Shown here piece after piece: positions 42,885 through 54,769 of a stretch of 64,000 nt of DNA. Both the position numbers and the translations under genes were made by a program. The stretch is from contig CAWHEP010000014.1 of NCBI GenBank assembly GCA_963828525.1, forward strand, positions 160,001 through 224,000, given 5' to 3'. Source of the DNA: an uncultured Verrucomicrobiae bacterium. Its GTDB lineage: Bacteria; Verrucomicrobiota; Verrucomicrobiia; Chthoniobacterales; Chthoniobacteraceae. Numbering within the stretch: the first letter of the stretch is position 1; each line of letters begins with the position of its first letter. The notes under the pieces were generated by a model. The model did no database searches, had not been told where the DNA came from, and saw only the letters and a program-made list of their open reading frames with translations.

Positions 42885-42995
42885 GCGTTTATCCCCACCC
42901 ACTTGGGGGGCGTGCTTTGACGCTTCGTTCTGCGGCGAAGAGCATGTCCCCTCCATTTTCGCGGAGGTTGGCGGGCAACGGACGCGCCCGGTTTT

Positions 42996-43259
42996 CTAGG
43001 GGTGCAGCGCCGGGCTGAAAGAATCCGATGCGGGATGCAAACGCATTTCGCGGTCGGATCCGGGGTCTCCAGTGAGATCATGCCAGAGTTCTTCCGGGAG
43101 ATCATCCGGAGTCAAACAAATCTGCTCGAGATCGCCTTGCGCAGCCTTGATGGCTCTTGCAGCCTCGAGAAGAGGGCTGATCTCCGTTGAATCAAGAAGT
43201 TCGACGCTGGGAAGCCGTTGGGCCAGGTCCAGGAGCTTGTGCATAGCTCGTGAGTTCAT
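42996..43259 (-). CDS. small hypothetical protein
   Basis: 87-aa ORF with upstream AAGGA RBS-like sequence. Confidence 0.5.
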   Translation of the reverse strand: MNSRAMHKLLDLAQRLPSVELLDSTEISPLLEAARAIKAAQGDLEQICLTPDDLPEELWHDLTGDPGSDREMRLHPASDSFSPALHP

Positions 43260-43393
43260 TCCTTATCCATCCTTATTGCCTCCAAAATAACCTTGTAGTC
43301 AATTTGCGCCAGCATTGGCGAGCAAAAAATTGATCGATCTTGTGGCGAGCATTTCGATGGTGTTACCTTTCACTTTCTGAGCCTTTTATCGCT

Positions 43394-43579
43394 GTGGATC
43401 TGATACTCGAAGCCACCGTTTATTGCCCGTACTGCGGCGAGCCTTTTGACATCTCCGTCGACACGTCACAGGGAGATCACTCCACGATTGAGGATTGCGC
43501 GGTTTGCTGCCGGCCTATTCAGCTTGCAATCAACTGCGAACCGGGCGAACAGCCCGTTGTCGACGCGATCCCGGCTTAA
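43394..43579 (+). CDS. CPXCG-motif cysteine-rich protein
   Basis: CPYCGE...EDCAVCCRPI. Confidence 0.88.
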   Translation: MDLILEATVYCPYCGEPFDISVDTSQGDHSTIEDCAVCCRPIQLAINCEPGEQPVVDAIPA

Positions 43580-43617
43580 TCGCGTCGCGGAGACTGCATG
43601 CGCTCCGGTACCGCGTA

Positions 43618-45879
43618 TCACTTCGCCTCGTCCTTCTTCTTGAGCTTGGCAGCGGTATCCTGCAATGCCGGGTTGGTCGCCGAGTAGGCCTTCCACGCGG
43701 CCTCTGTCTTCTTCCGGAATTCTACCCGTTCCTCCGGGGACCAGAGCTCAATTTGCTGCCGCCAGCTTGCAAGCAGGTCTGGAGTCGCTCCGCCTGCGAC
43801 CGCGGCCCGATAGGCCCAAAGATAAAACGGGAGCGCTACAGGTGTGGCGCTGCGTTTCTCCCAAATGCCATCCAGCCTTCCCCATAAACCACTCGCGGCT
43901 GCCACCAACTCGGAACGATTGGCCGGGGCGCTCTCATCCGGTTCTGGCGCGTCGAAATTGGCGCCAGCCAGCGATGGGATCTCCTTCGGGGTGTCCAGCT
44001 TCTCACCGCTTAGCTGCTCGATGAAAATCCCCATGAGCTTCGTCACGTAGCTGTGATTGCGGCGGATGATGAACAAAAACTTCCCGGGGCCGTTCAGAAT
44101 GAACTGTTTGTACACCCCTCCTCTGAAATCCGTCACCCGGGCTCGGGCGAGCGGAGGCATTGATTCCTCGCTGGCGGAGCCGTCCGCCCATGGGTGGAGT
44201 TCAACCGTATAGTCGCAATATTGGCTGTTCCCATTACTCGTGTGGGGATTGTTGAAGTACAGGCTTGCACAGTGGAGACCGGCGGGGATGCCGGTGATCA
44301 CGTGAAGGTCGGGGCCCTCCCAGGAGGACGCGTAATTGCCTTTGTAGCTTCCGTCGTTTATTTCACCATTCACCCGCTTCCCAACAAGAGGATCGTAGAG
44401 CGCGTATTCGTCAGCAGCGGAGGTGACGAGCGTCGGGGTATTTCCCTGCTTTGAGTGACTCCCCGTCCTCACCTCCACCGTGTCCCTGCTGTCGGACGAG
44501 AGTTCCTGCGCGTGGCCGTGAAGAGCGTAAAGAATGGCGAGGCTATGCCCATACCGTCCAACCCAGTCGCCTCCCGTGCGCCAATCGTCGCCTAGAAACT
44601 CGCCATCGCCGGCGGCCAGTGGCTGGCGCATTCCATCCAGGTAGGTGGAAATCACCGCTATGGAGTTTACATCGGGGGGTTTGACAGGGGAGGGGAGCGG
44701 CGCGGAAGGAATCGGCGCGCTTGTATCTTTGGCGGCCGATTCAGACGACGGTAATTCTTCAATGCCCCCGGCTTCATCTCCATAGAAGGCGACCATTGCT
44801 GGCAGCTTGGGAGGGAATAGGAAAGCCCGCGCTGCCCGGGCAGGCATCTCCCCTTCACCGCCGCCGGAAGCGATCGACTTTCCTGTTGCCAGATCGCGGA
44901 TTTCGAAACCTCGCTGGCGGTAGCCTATGTAAAGCTTACCGCCCGCCTGGCCGAGAGAGTTCACCCAGTCCTGCCTCAGGAGGATCTTCTCCGCGCCCGC
45001 GGGCAGTGGCTCGATCTTCAGGGGTGACGCCAGGCCTCTGACGTTCTTTTCCCAATCCATGCCCCGGATGAAGCTTCCATCCCCGGCCGCGAGCACATGC
45101 CCTGCTCTGGCAATCGCCGGGTCGAAGCTCGCGATTCCCGAGGGAGTTGCGCACATAAGGAAATTCTTGGCCGAGACCGCAACCACCAGGGAGTTGATGA
45201 GAGGGCTTGGCAGGCCGGGCCCGATGGCCGCGCCCGGCATCTGAGCCGGGCCGGGTATCAGCGTCCACTTGCCGTAGTTCGAACTCGCGGAGGCCGCTGC
45301 GATCCCATCGCATTGGGTACCCGCAAAGATGTTTCCTTCGGCGTCGAATGTGATTGCCTGGATCTGATTGGAGGGCAGACCTGAGGTTATGGTGTAGTAG
45401 TCCCACTCGTCGCGCTTCGCCGAATACCTTGCCAGCCCGCAATCGGTTCCCATCCAGACATCACCGTCCTTCGGGCATACCGCGATGGCAAAAATGCGAT
45501 CTCCAAGCGGACCGTCGAGAAAACCGTAATTCTTCCATTTCTCGCCATTCCACACGCTTACACCGTGGTTTCGATGACCAGCCCACACGCGGCCACTGGC
45601 GTCTGTGGCGAGCGCGCGCGTGTCATTGTCTCCCAGCCCCTCACTCGTCGTGAACTGCGTCCACTTCTTGGTCGCGGCATCGTATCGCCAGACGCCCTTG
45701 TCTTCCGTTCCAACCCATACTTCGTTGTCGCCACGCGCGGCGAGGCTGGTTACCAGATGGCTCTGCGCGGCTGCGTTCCAGCCAAGAGCGGGGCGGTGAT
45801 CGCCCTCTCCAGCGGCGGCCACGCTTAACAGCGCGACAAACACGGACAGGCATCCTAGGGAGCGTAAACTCGGTGACAT
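43618..45879 (-). CDS. secreted beta-propeller (two-component-regulator-propeller repeat) protein
   Basis: Signal peptide; repeats VWVGT, GRVWAG, GDVWMGT, GLPSNQIQAI; C-terminal domains unassigned. Confidence 0.75.
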   Translation of the reverse strand: MSPSLRSLGCLSVFVALLSVAAAGEGDHRPALGWNAAAQSHLVTSLAARGDNEVWVGTEDKGVWRYDAATKKWTQFTTSEGLGDNDTRALATDASGRVWAGHRNHGVSVWNGEKWKNYGFLDGPLGDRIFAIAVCPKDGDVWMGTDCGLARYSAKRDEWDYYTITSGLPSNQIQAITFDAEGNIFAGTQCDGIAAASASSNYGKWTLIPGPAQMPGAAIGPGLPSPLINSLVVAVSAKNFLMCATPSGIASFDPAIARAGHVLAAGDGSFIRGMDWEKNVRGLASPLKIEPLPAGAEKILLRQDWVNSLGQAGGKLYIGYRQRGFEIRDLATGKSIASGGGEGEMPARAARAFLFPPKLPAMVAFYGDEAGGIEELPSSESAAKDTSAPIPSAPLPSPVKPPDVNSIAVISTYLDGMRQPLAAGDGEFLGDDWRTGGDWVGRYGHSLAILYALHGHAQELSSDSRDTVEVRTGSHSKQGNTPTLVTSAADEYALYDPLVGKRVNGEINDGSYKGNYASSWEGPDLHVITGIPAGLHCASLYFNNPHTSNGNSQYCDYTVELHPWADGSASEESMPPLARARVTDFRGGVYKQFILNGPGKFLFIIRRNHSYVTKLMGIFIEQLSGEKLDTPKEIPSLAGANFDAPEPDESAPANRSELVAAASGLWGRLDGIWEKRSATPVALPFYLWAYRAAVAGGATPDLLASWRQQIELWSPEERVEFRKKTEAAWKAYSATNPALQDTAAKLKKKDEAK

Positions 45880-45895
45880 AGGGGGGTGGTGAACA

Positions 45896-47140
45896 TTACC
45901 TCCTAACCGCCCGAAGATCATCCAGCAAAACCGCCATCGAGGTTCCGGCTATCCAGCCGGTGGTCCACGCAGCCTGGAAGTTGAAGCCGCCCGTGATGCC
46001 ATCAATGTCCAGCATCTCGCCCGCAAAAAAGAGGCCCGGACAAATCTTGCTCTCCATGGTCTTGAACTTCACTTCGGGCAGCCTCACTCCTCCGCATGTG
46101 ACAAACTCCGCTTTGTTCGCGCTTTTCCCTGTCACGCCCAATTCCGTGCAGGTCAGCAGCCGGGCGAGGTTCTGTCTGCCCACCCGCGGAAGTTCCGTCC
46201 AGCGCGTGGATTCGGCAATGCCGGCGTTTTGCGCGAGTCGCTCCCATAAGCGGCCTGGCAGCGGACGCATTGGCGTGCTTCTCACCAGCGCCAGCGGTTG
46301 AGCCACTCGCATGGAGCGCAGTTCATCCTCGGCCTGCTCGCGTGTCAGGCGTGGCAGCCAGCTTACCTGGAGCGGAAAACGGTAGTCACGCGCGCGCAGG
46401 AGCCTCGCGCCCCACGCCGAAAGCCGCAGTATGGCTGGGCCGCTCATTCCCCAGTGGGTAAAGAGCAACGCTCCCTCCTCCGCGAGACCTTCACCTGGCA
46501 CGGAAGCCCGCGCGCATTCGACCGAAGTGCCCGCCAACTCCCGTACCCACGTGTCCTCTATGTGAAAGGTGAACAGAGAAGGAACGGGCATTTCAAGGGT
46601 GTGCCCAAGGTCCAGGGCAAGGTCTCCGGTTGAACTGCGGCTGCCCCCCGTCGCGAGCAGCAACAGATCGCATTCCATGGACTCGCCGGTGCTAAGTTCC
46701 AATCTGAAGCCTTTCCCCTCCAGCCGATTGACGTGGTTTACACCGCATCGTGTTCTGAGGATAACACCGGAGGCGGCCGCGCTTCGCAACAGGCAGTCAA
46801 TAATCGTCTCGGAAGAATCCGTCTTGGGAAACATGCGCCCGTCGTCTTCCGCTTTCAGCGCGACTCCCCGGCTTTTGAACCATTCGACCGTGTCGGAAGC
46901 CTGGAATTGCTGCAAAGGGCCGATCAGGGCTCGATTGCCTCGGGGATATTGCTCAGCCATCGCCCGCGAATCGAAAGTCGCGTTTGTGACGTTGCATCGG
47001 CCGCCCCCCGAGATCCTCACTTTGGAGAGAAACTGGCTGCTCTTTTCAAGCAGCACCACCTCGGCTGCCGGGTGACCTTCGGCGCACGCAATTGCGGCAA
47101 AGAAGCCCGCCGCTCCGCCACCGACTATTACAACTCGCAC
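45896..47140 (-). CDS. HI0933/BaiN-family flavoprotein
   Basis: VGGGAAG, ISGGGRCNVTN, LFTHWGMSGP, VTCGGV, DGITGGFNFQAAW. Confidence 0.92.
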   Translation of the reverse strand: MRVVIVGGGAAGFFAAIACAEGHPAAEVVLLEKSSQFLSKVRISGGGRCNVTNATFDSRAMAEQYPRGNRALIGPLQQFQASDTVEWFKSRGVALKAEDDGRMFPKTDSSETIIDCLLRSAAASGVILRTRCGVNHVNRLEGKGFRLELSTGESMECDLLLLATGGSRSSTGDLALDLGHTLEMPVPSLFTFHIEDTWVRELAGTSVECARASVPGEGLAEEGALLFTHWGMSGPAILRLSAWGARLLRARDYRFPLQVSWLPRLTREQAEDELRSMRVAQPLALVRSTPMRPLPGRLWERLAQNAGIAESTRWTELPRVGRQNLARLLTCTELGVTGKSANKAEFVTCGGVRLPEVKFKTMESKICPGLFFAGEMLDIDGITGGFNFQAAWTTGWIAGTSMAVLLDDLRAVRR

Positions 47141-47198
47141 CCGCCCAACTTCAAGCCTTGGAACTCCTCAAGCGAGGAGATTTTCAAGGGAGCCAGGA

Positions 47199-48080
47199 TT
47201 AGTAATCTCGCTGCAGCAAGTAGTCCGCGATCTCGCGGAGAGTTCCTGCGTCCGCGCCCAGGGGGTCCAGCGCCAGGCGCGCGGCCTGGGTGAGCCGTTG
47301 CGCCTCCACTCGGGACTTTTCAAGTCCGAAGACTGCCGGGTAGGTGGCTTTTTCCGCGTAGACATCCTTGCCGGCGCTTTTGCCGAGTTTCTCCGTTGTT
47401 TGCGTGACGTCCAGTATGTCATCGATGACTTGAAATGCCAGGCCCAGGGCCTTTCCGAAGGATGTCAGGCTTTCTAACCTTGCGGGCGTGGCATTCGCGC
47501 TCATCGCCCCAAGCCGTATGGATGCGGTGAGAAGAGCGGCGGTTTTCGATTCATGAATGAATTGTAGTTGCCGGGCGGCGATCTTCTTTCCTTCGCCTTC
47601 AAGGTCCGCGACCTGCCCGCCGATCAGCCACTTGCTGCCCGCCGCGACAGCCAATTCTGGTACTAGCGCGGGCATCCTGTATCGCGGCCAGCCTTCCGCC
47701 TGTCCGACCAGTTCAAAAGCGAATGTCAGAAGGGCATCTCCCGCGAGAACCGCGATTCCCTCCCCAAACACCTTATGGCATGTTGGTTTGCCGCGACGGA
47801 AGTCATCATTATCCATGCAGGGCAGGTCATCATGGATCAGCGAATAGGTGTGGATGCACTCCACGGCACACGCGAGCGGCACTGCTTTTGCCACTGCGCC
47901 GCGGCAAGCTTCCGCCGCTGCGAGGCATAGGATGGGACGGAGCCTCTTTCCTCCCGCGAACATGCTGTAGCGCATCGCCTTATGGATGGTGGAGGGCTTT
48001 ACCGATACCTTCGGAAGATACTCCCGCAGCGCTTTGTCGATCATGCGCTGGCGCGCGTTCAGGTAAGTGTCCAGGTTCAT
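47199..48080 (-). CDS. ispA: polyprenyl diphosphate synthase (FPP/GGPP synthase)
   Basis: GGKRLRP, HDDLPCMDNDDFRRGKPT, FQVIDDILD, GKD. Confidence 0.92.
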   Translation of the reverse strand: MNLDTYLNARQRMIDKALREYLPKVSVKPSTIHKAMRYSMFAGGKRLRPILCLAAAEACRGAVAKAVPLACAVECIHTYSLIHDDLPCMDNDDFRRGKPTCHKVFGEGIAVLAGDALLTFAFELVGQAEGWPRYRMPALVPELAVAAGSKWLIGGQVADLEGEGKKIAARQLQFIHESKTAALLTASIRLGAMSANATPARLESLTSFGKALGLAFQVIDDILDVTQTTEKLGKSAGKDVYAEKATYPAVFGLEKSRVEAQRLTQAARLALDPLGADAGTLREIADYLLQRDY

Positions 48081-48190
48081 TTCCGCGCGACTTTGGAAAA
48101 ATGCGCGGGCGAATGCAATTGGAATAGCGCGAGCAGGACGCAATCCGCCCGTCTGGTTGCAATCATGTCCTTTTGTATTACTTTTATCGC

Positions 48191-50167
48191 ATGCCGCTTT
48201 TCCAGCTCGACGGGCTTGCTCCCAAAGTCGCGCTGAATCGTCCCAGGCAGGGTTCATTGCTGCTCGGTGTCCTCCTCAGTTTCTTCACCCTTTGCGCCGC
48301 TGACGCCGCTCCTGTCTTTGCTGACGCGGCGAAGGTTGCCGTGGAAGGCTGGCGAAAAGCAGAGGTTCGTCCCATGGGAACGAATGTCGGTTCGCGGGCT
48401 CAATCAGTGCAGACCGAGGTGGATGCCGCAGGGCTGCCTCTTTACCACGTTGTCTTTATGACGGATGACGGGAAGGCGGTGAAGGGGTACGTGATTGTCG
48501 CCGGCGATGACGAAGCGGAGCCTGTGCTGGCCTTTTCTTCGGGGACAACCTTTCGCGCCGACAACCCGCTGAGATTCTTGTTGCAGAGGCATATGCCGAA
48601 ACTCCTGGGAGCTTTACGCCAGGCTGGTTTCAGGAAACCTCTTCTGCAAACAAGAGCCGCGGTGGCCAGGGCGAAGTGGGAGACTCTTAGGGGACGTCGG
48701 CAGGGCGCCGCGCCTCAATCAGGCGCGCCTTCCCAATCTGCGGCGCCTCCGCAATCTGATACCTATGTCGCGCCCCTCATCCAGTCGGCATGGAGCCAGG
48801 ATACGTCGGACGACACTCTGAATGGTCCCGCGTGTTACAACTACTATACTCCACCCTACGCTTCCGGAAACAGCAGCAACTACCCTTGCGGGTGCGTTGC
48901 TACATGCTTCGCGCAAGTAATGCGCTTGTGGCAATACCCCACGACTGCCGTCGGCCAGCCAGTCTTTGACATCACCATCAATAACACTCCCACAACGGCC
49001 AGCCTGCTGGGTGGCGATGGGAAGGGCGGCGCGTACGTGTGGGCAAATATGCCTTTGGTTCCCTCGAATGGCGTGACTCTTGCGCAGGCGCGGCAGATCG
49101 GCGTGCTATCGCACGATATGGCCGTCGCTTCCATGATGGATTTTGAGATGAACGGCTCTTCCGCCCTCATGAGCGACGCGGCCACCGCGTTGGTGAAAAA
49201 CTTCCATTTCGGCGAAGCGATGGACGTTTACACGAACACCTCCGATTCGCAGACAATGTCAGCGCCGCTTCTCCTGAGCATGTTGACGCCCAATCTGAAC
49301 GCCGGATTTCCAGTTCTCCTCGGCGTTCGAGATCCCCAAAACGACGGACACGCTCTTGTTTGCGATGGCTACGGCTACAACGGGGGAACTCTTTACCACC
49401 ACCTCAACTTGGGTTGGGGTGGCGACGCCAACGCGTGGTACGCGCTTCCGACAATCAATACCGACGTGGACAATTTCAACGTGGTGGATGAGTGCTCGTT
49501 CAACGTTTTCCCGACCGGCACGGGCGAAATCATCTCCGGGCAAGTCACGAACGCCTCTGGAGCGCCGGTTCCTGGGGTCGTGGTTACCGCGACGCGCATG
49601 CCTGGGAAAAGTTATTCGGCATCTACGAACTTGAAAGGCATCTATGCCATCACCCATGTGCCGTCCTCTTCAACTTTTACAGTAAGCGCGAGTGGTACAG
49701 GGTATACGTTCACCAGCAAATCTGTCGCGACGGGAGCTTCCTCATCCGGCTCTCTCGGCCAGGGCGGCGCGGTGGGTGATCAATCCAACATCAATTTCAC
49801 CGGCGCGCCGGATCCATCCTTTTTCGCCGGGGCGGTTTCTCTCGGGAGTGGTGTTGAATACCTGTCGTTCCCCGACGGAAACGTATTCGGTTACTACACG
49901 AACGCTTCCTTCCCCTGGATTTACCATTTTGACATGGGCTACATGTATTACTTCGACGCGCATGATGGCAAAGGGGGCGCTGATTTCTACGATGCGACGA
50001 GCGGGCACTTCTTCTACACCAGCCCCGCCTATCCCTTCCCGTACCTCTACGATTTCACCTTGAAAGCTGTTCTGTATTACTACCCGGATCCGAACAATGC
50101 GGGGCATTACACGACCAATCCGAGGTATTTCTACAATACCGCGACTCAGCAAATCATTGCGCAGTAG
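48191..50167 (+). CDS. C10-family (streptopain-like) cysteine peptidase with prodomain, carboxypeptidase-regulatory-like domain and aromatic C-terminal domain
   Basis: GYVIVAGDD..EPVLAFS prodomain; WSQ, GCVATCFAQVM (Cys), GHALVCDGY (His), LNLGWGG; ISGQVT...PVPGVVV. Confidence 0.88.
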   Translation: MPLFQLDGLAPKVALNRPRQGSLLLGVLLSFFTLCAADAAPVFADAAKVAVEGWRKAEVRPMGTNVGSRAQSVQTEVDAAGLPLYHVVFMTDDGKAVKGYVIVAGDDEAEPVLAFSSGTTFRADNPLRFLLQRHMPKLLGALRQAGFRKPLLQTRAAVARAKWETLRGRRQGAAPQSGAPSQSAAPPQSDTYVAPLIQSAWSQDTSDDTLNGPACYNYYTPPYASGNSSNYPCGCVATCFAQVMRLWQYPTTAVGQPVFDITINNTPTTASLLGGDGKGGAYVWANMPLVPSNGVTLAQARQIGVLSHDMAVASMMDFEMNGSSALMSDAATALVKNFHFGEAMDVYTNTSDSQTMSAPLLLSMLTPNLNAGFPVLLGVRDPQNDGHALVCDGYGYNGGTLYHHLNLGWGGDANAWYALPTINTDVDNFNVVDECSFNVFPTGTGEIISGQVTNASGAPVPGVVVTATRMPGKSYSASTNLKGIYAITHVPSSSTFTVSASGTGYTFTSKSVATGASSSGSLGQGGAVGDQSNINFTGAPDPSFFAGAVSLGSGVEYLSFPDGNVFGYYTNASFPWIYHFDMGYMYYFDAHDGKGGADFYDATSGHFFYTSPAYPFPYLYDFTLKAVLYYYPDPNNAGHYTTNPRYFYNTATQQIIAQ

Positions 50168-50249
50168 GGCTGTGCGGCACGAAGACGCTTGCTTCCCGGC
50201 AGGTCTCCTCACTGCGAGGACTCCTCGGATCGCCTGACGCGAAAGAGCA

Positions 50250-53148
<2,899 letters not shown>

Positions 53149-53152
53149 GTAG

Positions 53153-53209
53153 ATTTCGGTGAGCTGATGAGGGCGCTGTGCTAGTCCGAAACGCGGTCGT
53201 ATCTGAAAT
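53153..53209 (+). ncRNA. putative type I hammerhead ribozyme
   Basis: CUGAUGA 53164-53170; stem II GGGC/GUCC; GAAA 53188-53191; stem III ACG/CGU; GUA cleavage triplet; stem I AUUUCGG/CUGAAAU with an imperfect proximal end. Confidence 0.55.
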
Positions 53210-53277
53210 ACTCTGGGTAGTCGTCCAAATAACCGAGCCACATACCCGCGTCTTCCCAAAAAGTGAATCCAACGGAT

Positions 53278-53498
53278 TGCATGATGCGCAACGCCTAATT
53301 GGATCTCCGGCGATGGTCAACAGGCTCATCGGGCTTAACGGCAAGTTCAATTCTCCGCCTTCTGCGAGCTGAGTGACCGCACCGCACGGCCTGCCCCTTG
53401 AAGAAGGGCGATCTGATTCAAGCACTTTGGCGAACCTCATCGGGCAGTTGATGCTTCGTCCCTGCCTTTTTGAGCGCGGCGAGGGCAAATTCCCCGCG
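53278..53498. repeat. diverged direct repeat, copy 1 (about 220 bp)
   Basis: Aligns with 54385-54598 (e.g. CCGCACGGCCTGCCCCTTGAAGAA, GGCGATCTGATTC, AGCACTTTGGC, GGGCAAATTCCCCGCG). Confidence 0.88.
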
Positions 53499-53568
53499 CT
53501 GCTTTTATAGGACTTGGAGCAAGACGATCCAGGCTCACAAACTGATTAGGAACCGCTGCTTGAAAGCC

Positions 53569-53606
53569 TATTTGGAACAAGGGCGTCGCCGCCGCGCCCT
53601 TGTAAA
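53569..53606. repeat. REP-like hairpin repeat, copy 1
   Basis: TATTTGGAACAAGGGCG...CGCCCTTGTAAA; 9-bp stem ACAAGGGCG/CGCCCTTGT. Confidence 0.7.
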
Positions 53607-53643
53607 TCCCCATGCTCGGGAGGAAATGATTTCGCTCGCTACG

Positions 53644-53958
53644 CTAAATTGTAATTTCGATGAATTCTCCCCGCTGCATTTCGTTGATAGAGATTGCGAT
53701 TTCTTGCGCCTTGACTTGAATGCGCGGCCAGCTTGTGGAGAGCAAAACGACAATCGCGATATTCCTGCCGGACAGATTCTTGCTGGTACTTCAAATTGGT
53801 GTCTGTCGTGACAAAAACATCGAACGCTTCATTTTCAGCCGACTGGATCAAATCGCAATTTTTAAGAATGCTCCATCCCATTTCATAAGCGGTCAGCACA
53901 AGATGCCCGGTCAGAGAGAGCGACGCGACTGGCGTTCCCTGGTCGAATAGAATCTTAA
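53644..53958 (-). CDS. DUF5615/PIN-like toxin (frameshifted; start codon not evident)
   Basis: KILFDQGTP, TAYEMGW..LKN.DL, FDVFVTTDTNLKYQQ; continues in another frame IAIVVL...WPRI. Confidence 0.78.
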
Positions 53959-54173
53959 GCGACCGCAAGGCTTTGACTCGCGTGCTCAAGCACCGCTTCC
54001 GCTTGCGCCTTAGTTACACCGGGGAACCATTCGAGGAAGTCATTTACACGCGCGCCCTCTTCGAGATTCGCAAAAAGCGCCGAGACAGGAACCCTTGTGC
54101 CACGAAAAACCCATGAGCCACTCACCTTCTCAGGGGAGCGCTCAACGGCTGGACATGACGACCAATCAAGCAC
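53955..54173 (-). CDS. DUF433-family antitoxin
   Basis: PEKVSGSWVFRGTRVPV..LF.NLE.G...FLEWFPGV. Confidence 0.9.
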   Translation of the reverse strand: MLDWSSCPAVERSPEKVSGSWVFRGTRVPVSALFANLEEGARVNDFLEWFPGVTKAQAEAVLEHASQSLAVA

Positions 54174-54247
54174 TGAAGCAGGATAACCGGTTGCGACAAA
54201 ACATCAAGATTTCGCCTTCCGGCGCGCGCGTTGCTCCTTTTCCGCTT

Positions 54248-54299
54248 TATTTGGAACAAGGGCGCTCTTGGGGGCCGCGCGCGATCCCGCTCTTGTAAA
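54248..54299. repeat. REP-like hairpin repeat, copy 2
   Basis: TATTTGGAACAAGGGCG...CGCTCTTGTAAA; same ends as copy 1 with a longer loop. Confidence 0.7.
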
Positions 54300-54384
54300 G
54301 GACGCCTCTCATACCCCAGTTCAGCGCGTCCGCAGAATGCGGGAATCGCGCTCGACGAAAAGTCGCGGTGGAGATCACGAAGGC

Positions 54385-54598
54385 TGCATGATGCTCATGG
54401 CTTAATTGTGAACCCGCGCGGTGATCAACAGCTCATCGCCATTAACATCAAAGGTCAATTCTCGGTTCTGCGAGCTGCCTGACCGCACGGCCTGCCCCTT
54501 GAAGAACGGCGATCTGATTCGAGCACTTTGGCAATCCTCATCGGGAAGTTGATGGTTCGTCCTTGCCTTTCAAGCGAGGGAAGGGCAAATTCCCCGCG
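54385..54598. repeat. diverged direct repeat, copy 2, including the putative tRNA promoter
   Basis: Homologous to 53278-53498; TTGCCT 54563-54568, 17 bp, CAAATT 54586-54591 upstream of the tRNA. Confidence 0.85.
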
Positions 54599-54605
54599 TT
54601 GATCC

Positions 54606-54693
54606 GGTGAGGTGGCTGAGAGGTCGAAAGCAGCGCTTTGCTAAAGCGCCGTACTCCAAAAGGGTACCGAGGGTTCGAATCCCTCCCTCACCG
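54606..54693 (+). tRNA. tRNA-Ser(GCT)
   Basis: Acceptor GGTGAGG/CCTCACC, anticodon arm GCGCT-TTGCTAA-AGCGC, long variable arm, GGTTCGAATCC T-loop; CCA not encoded. Confidence 0.96.
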
Positions 54694-54769
54694 CGCCGTT
54701 CATTACGAGCTACTTACACCGCTGGACGGTGGAATATTGCAGGCAATGGAAAGAATTTGCGCGATGACA

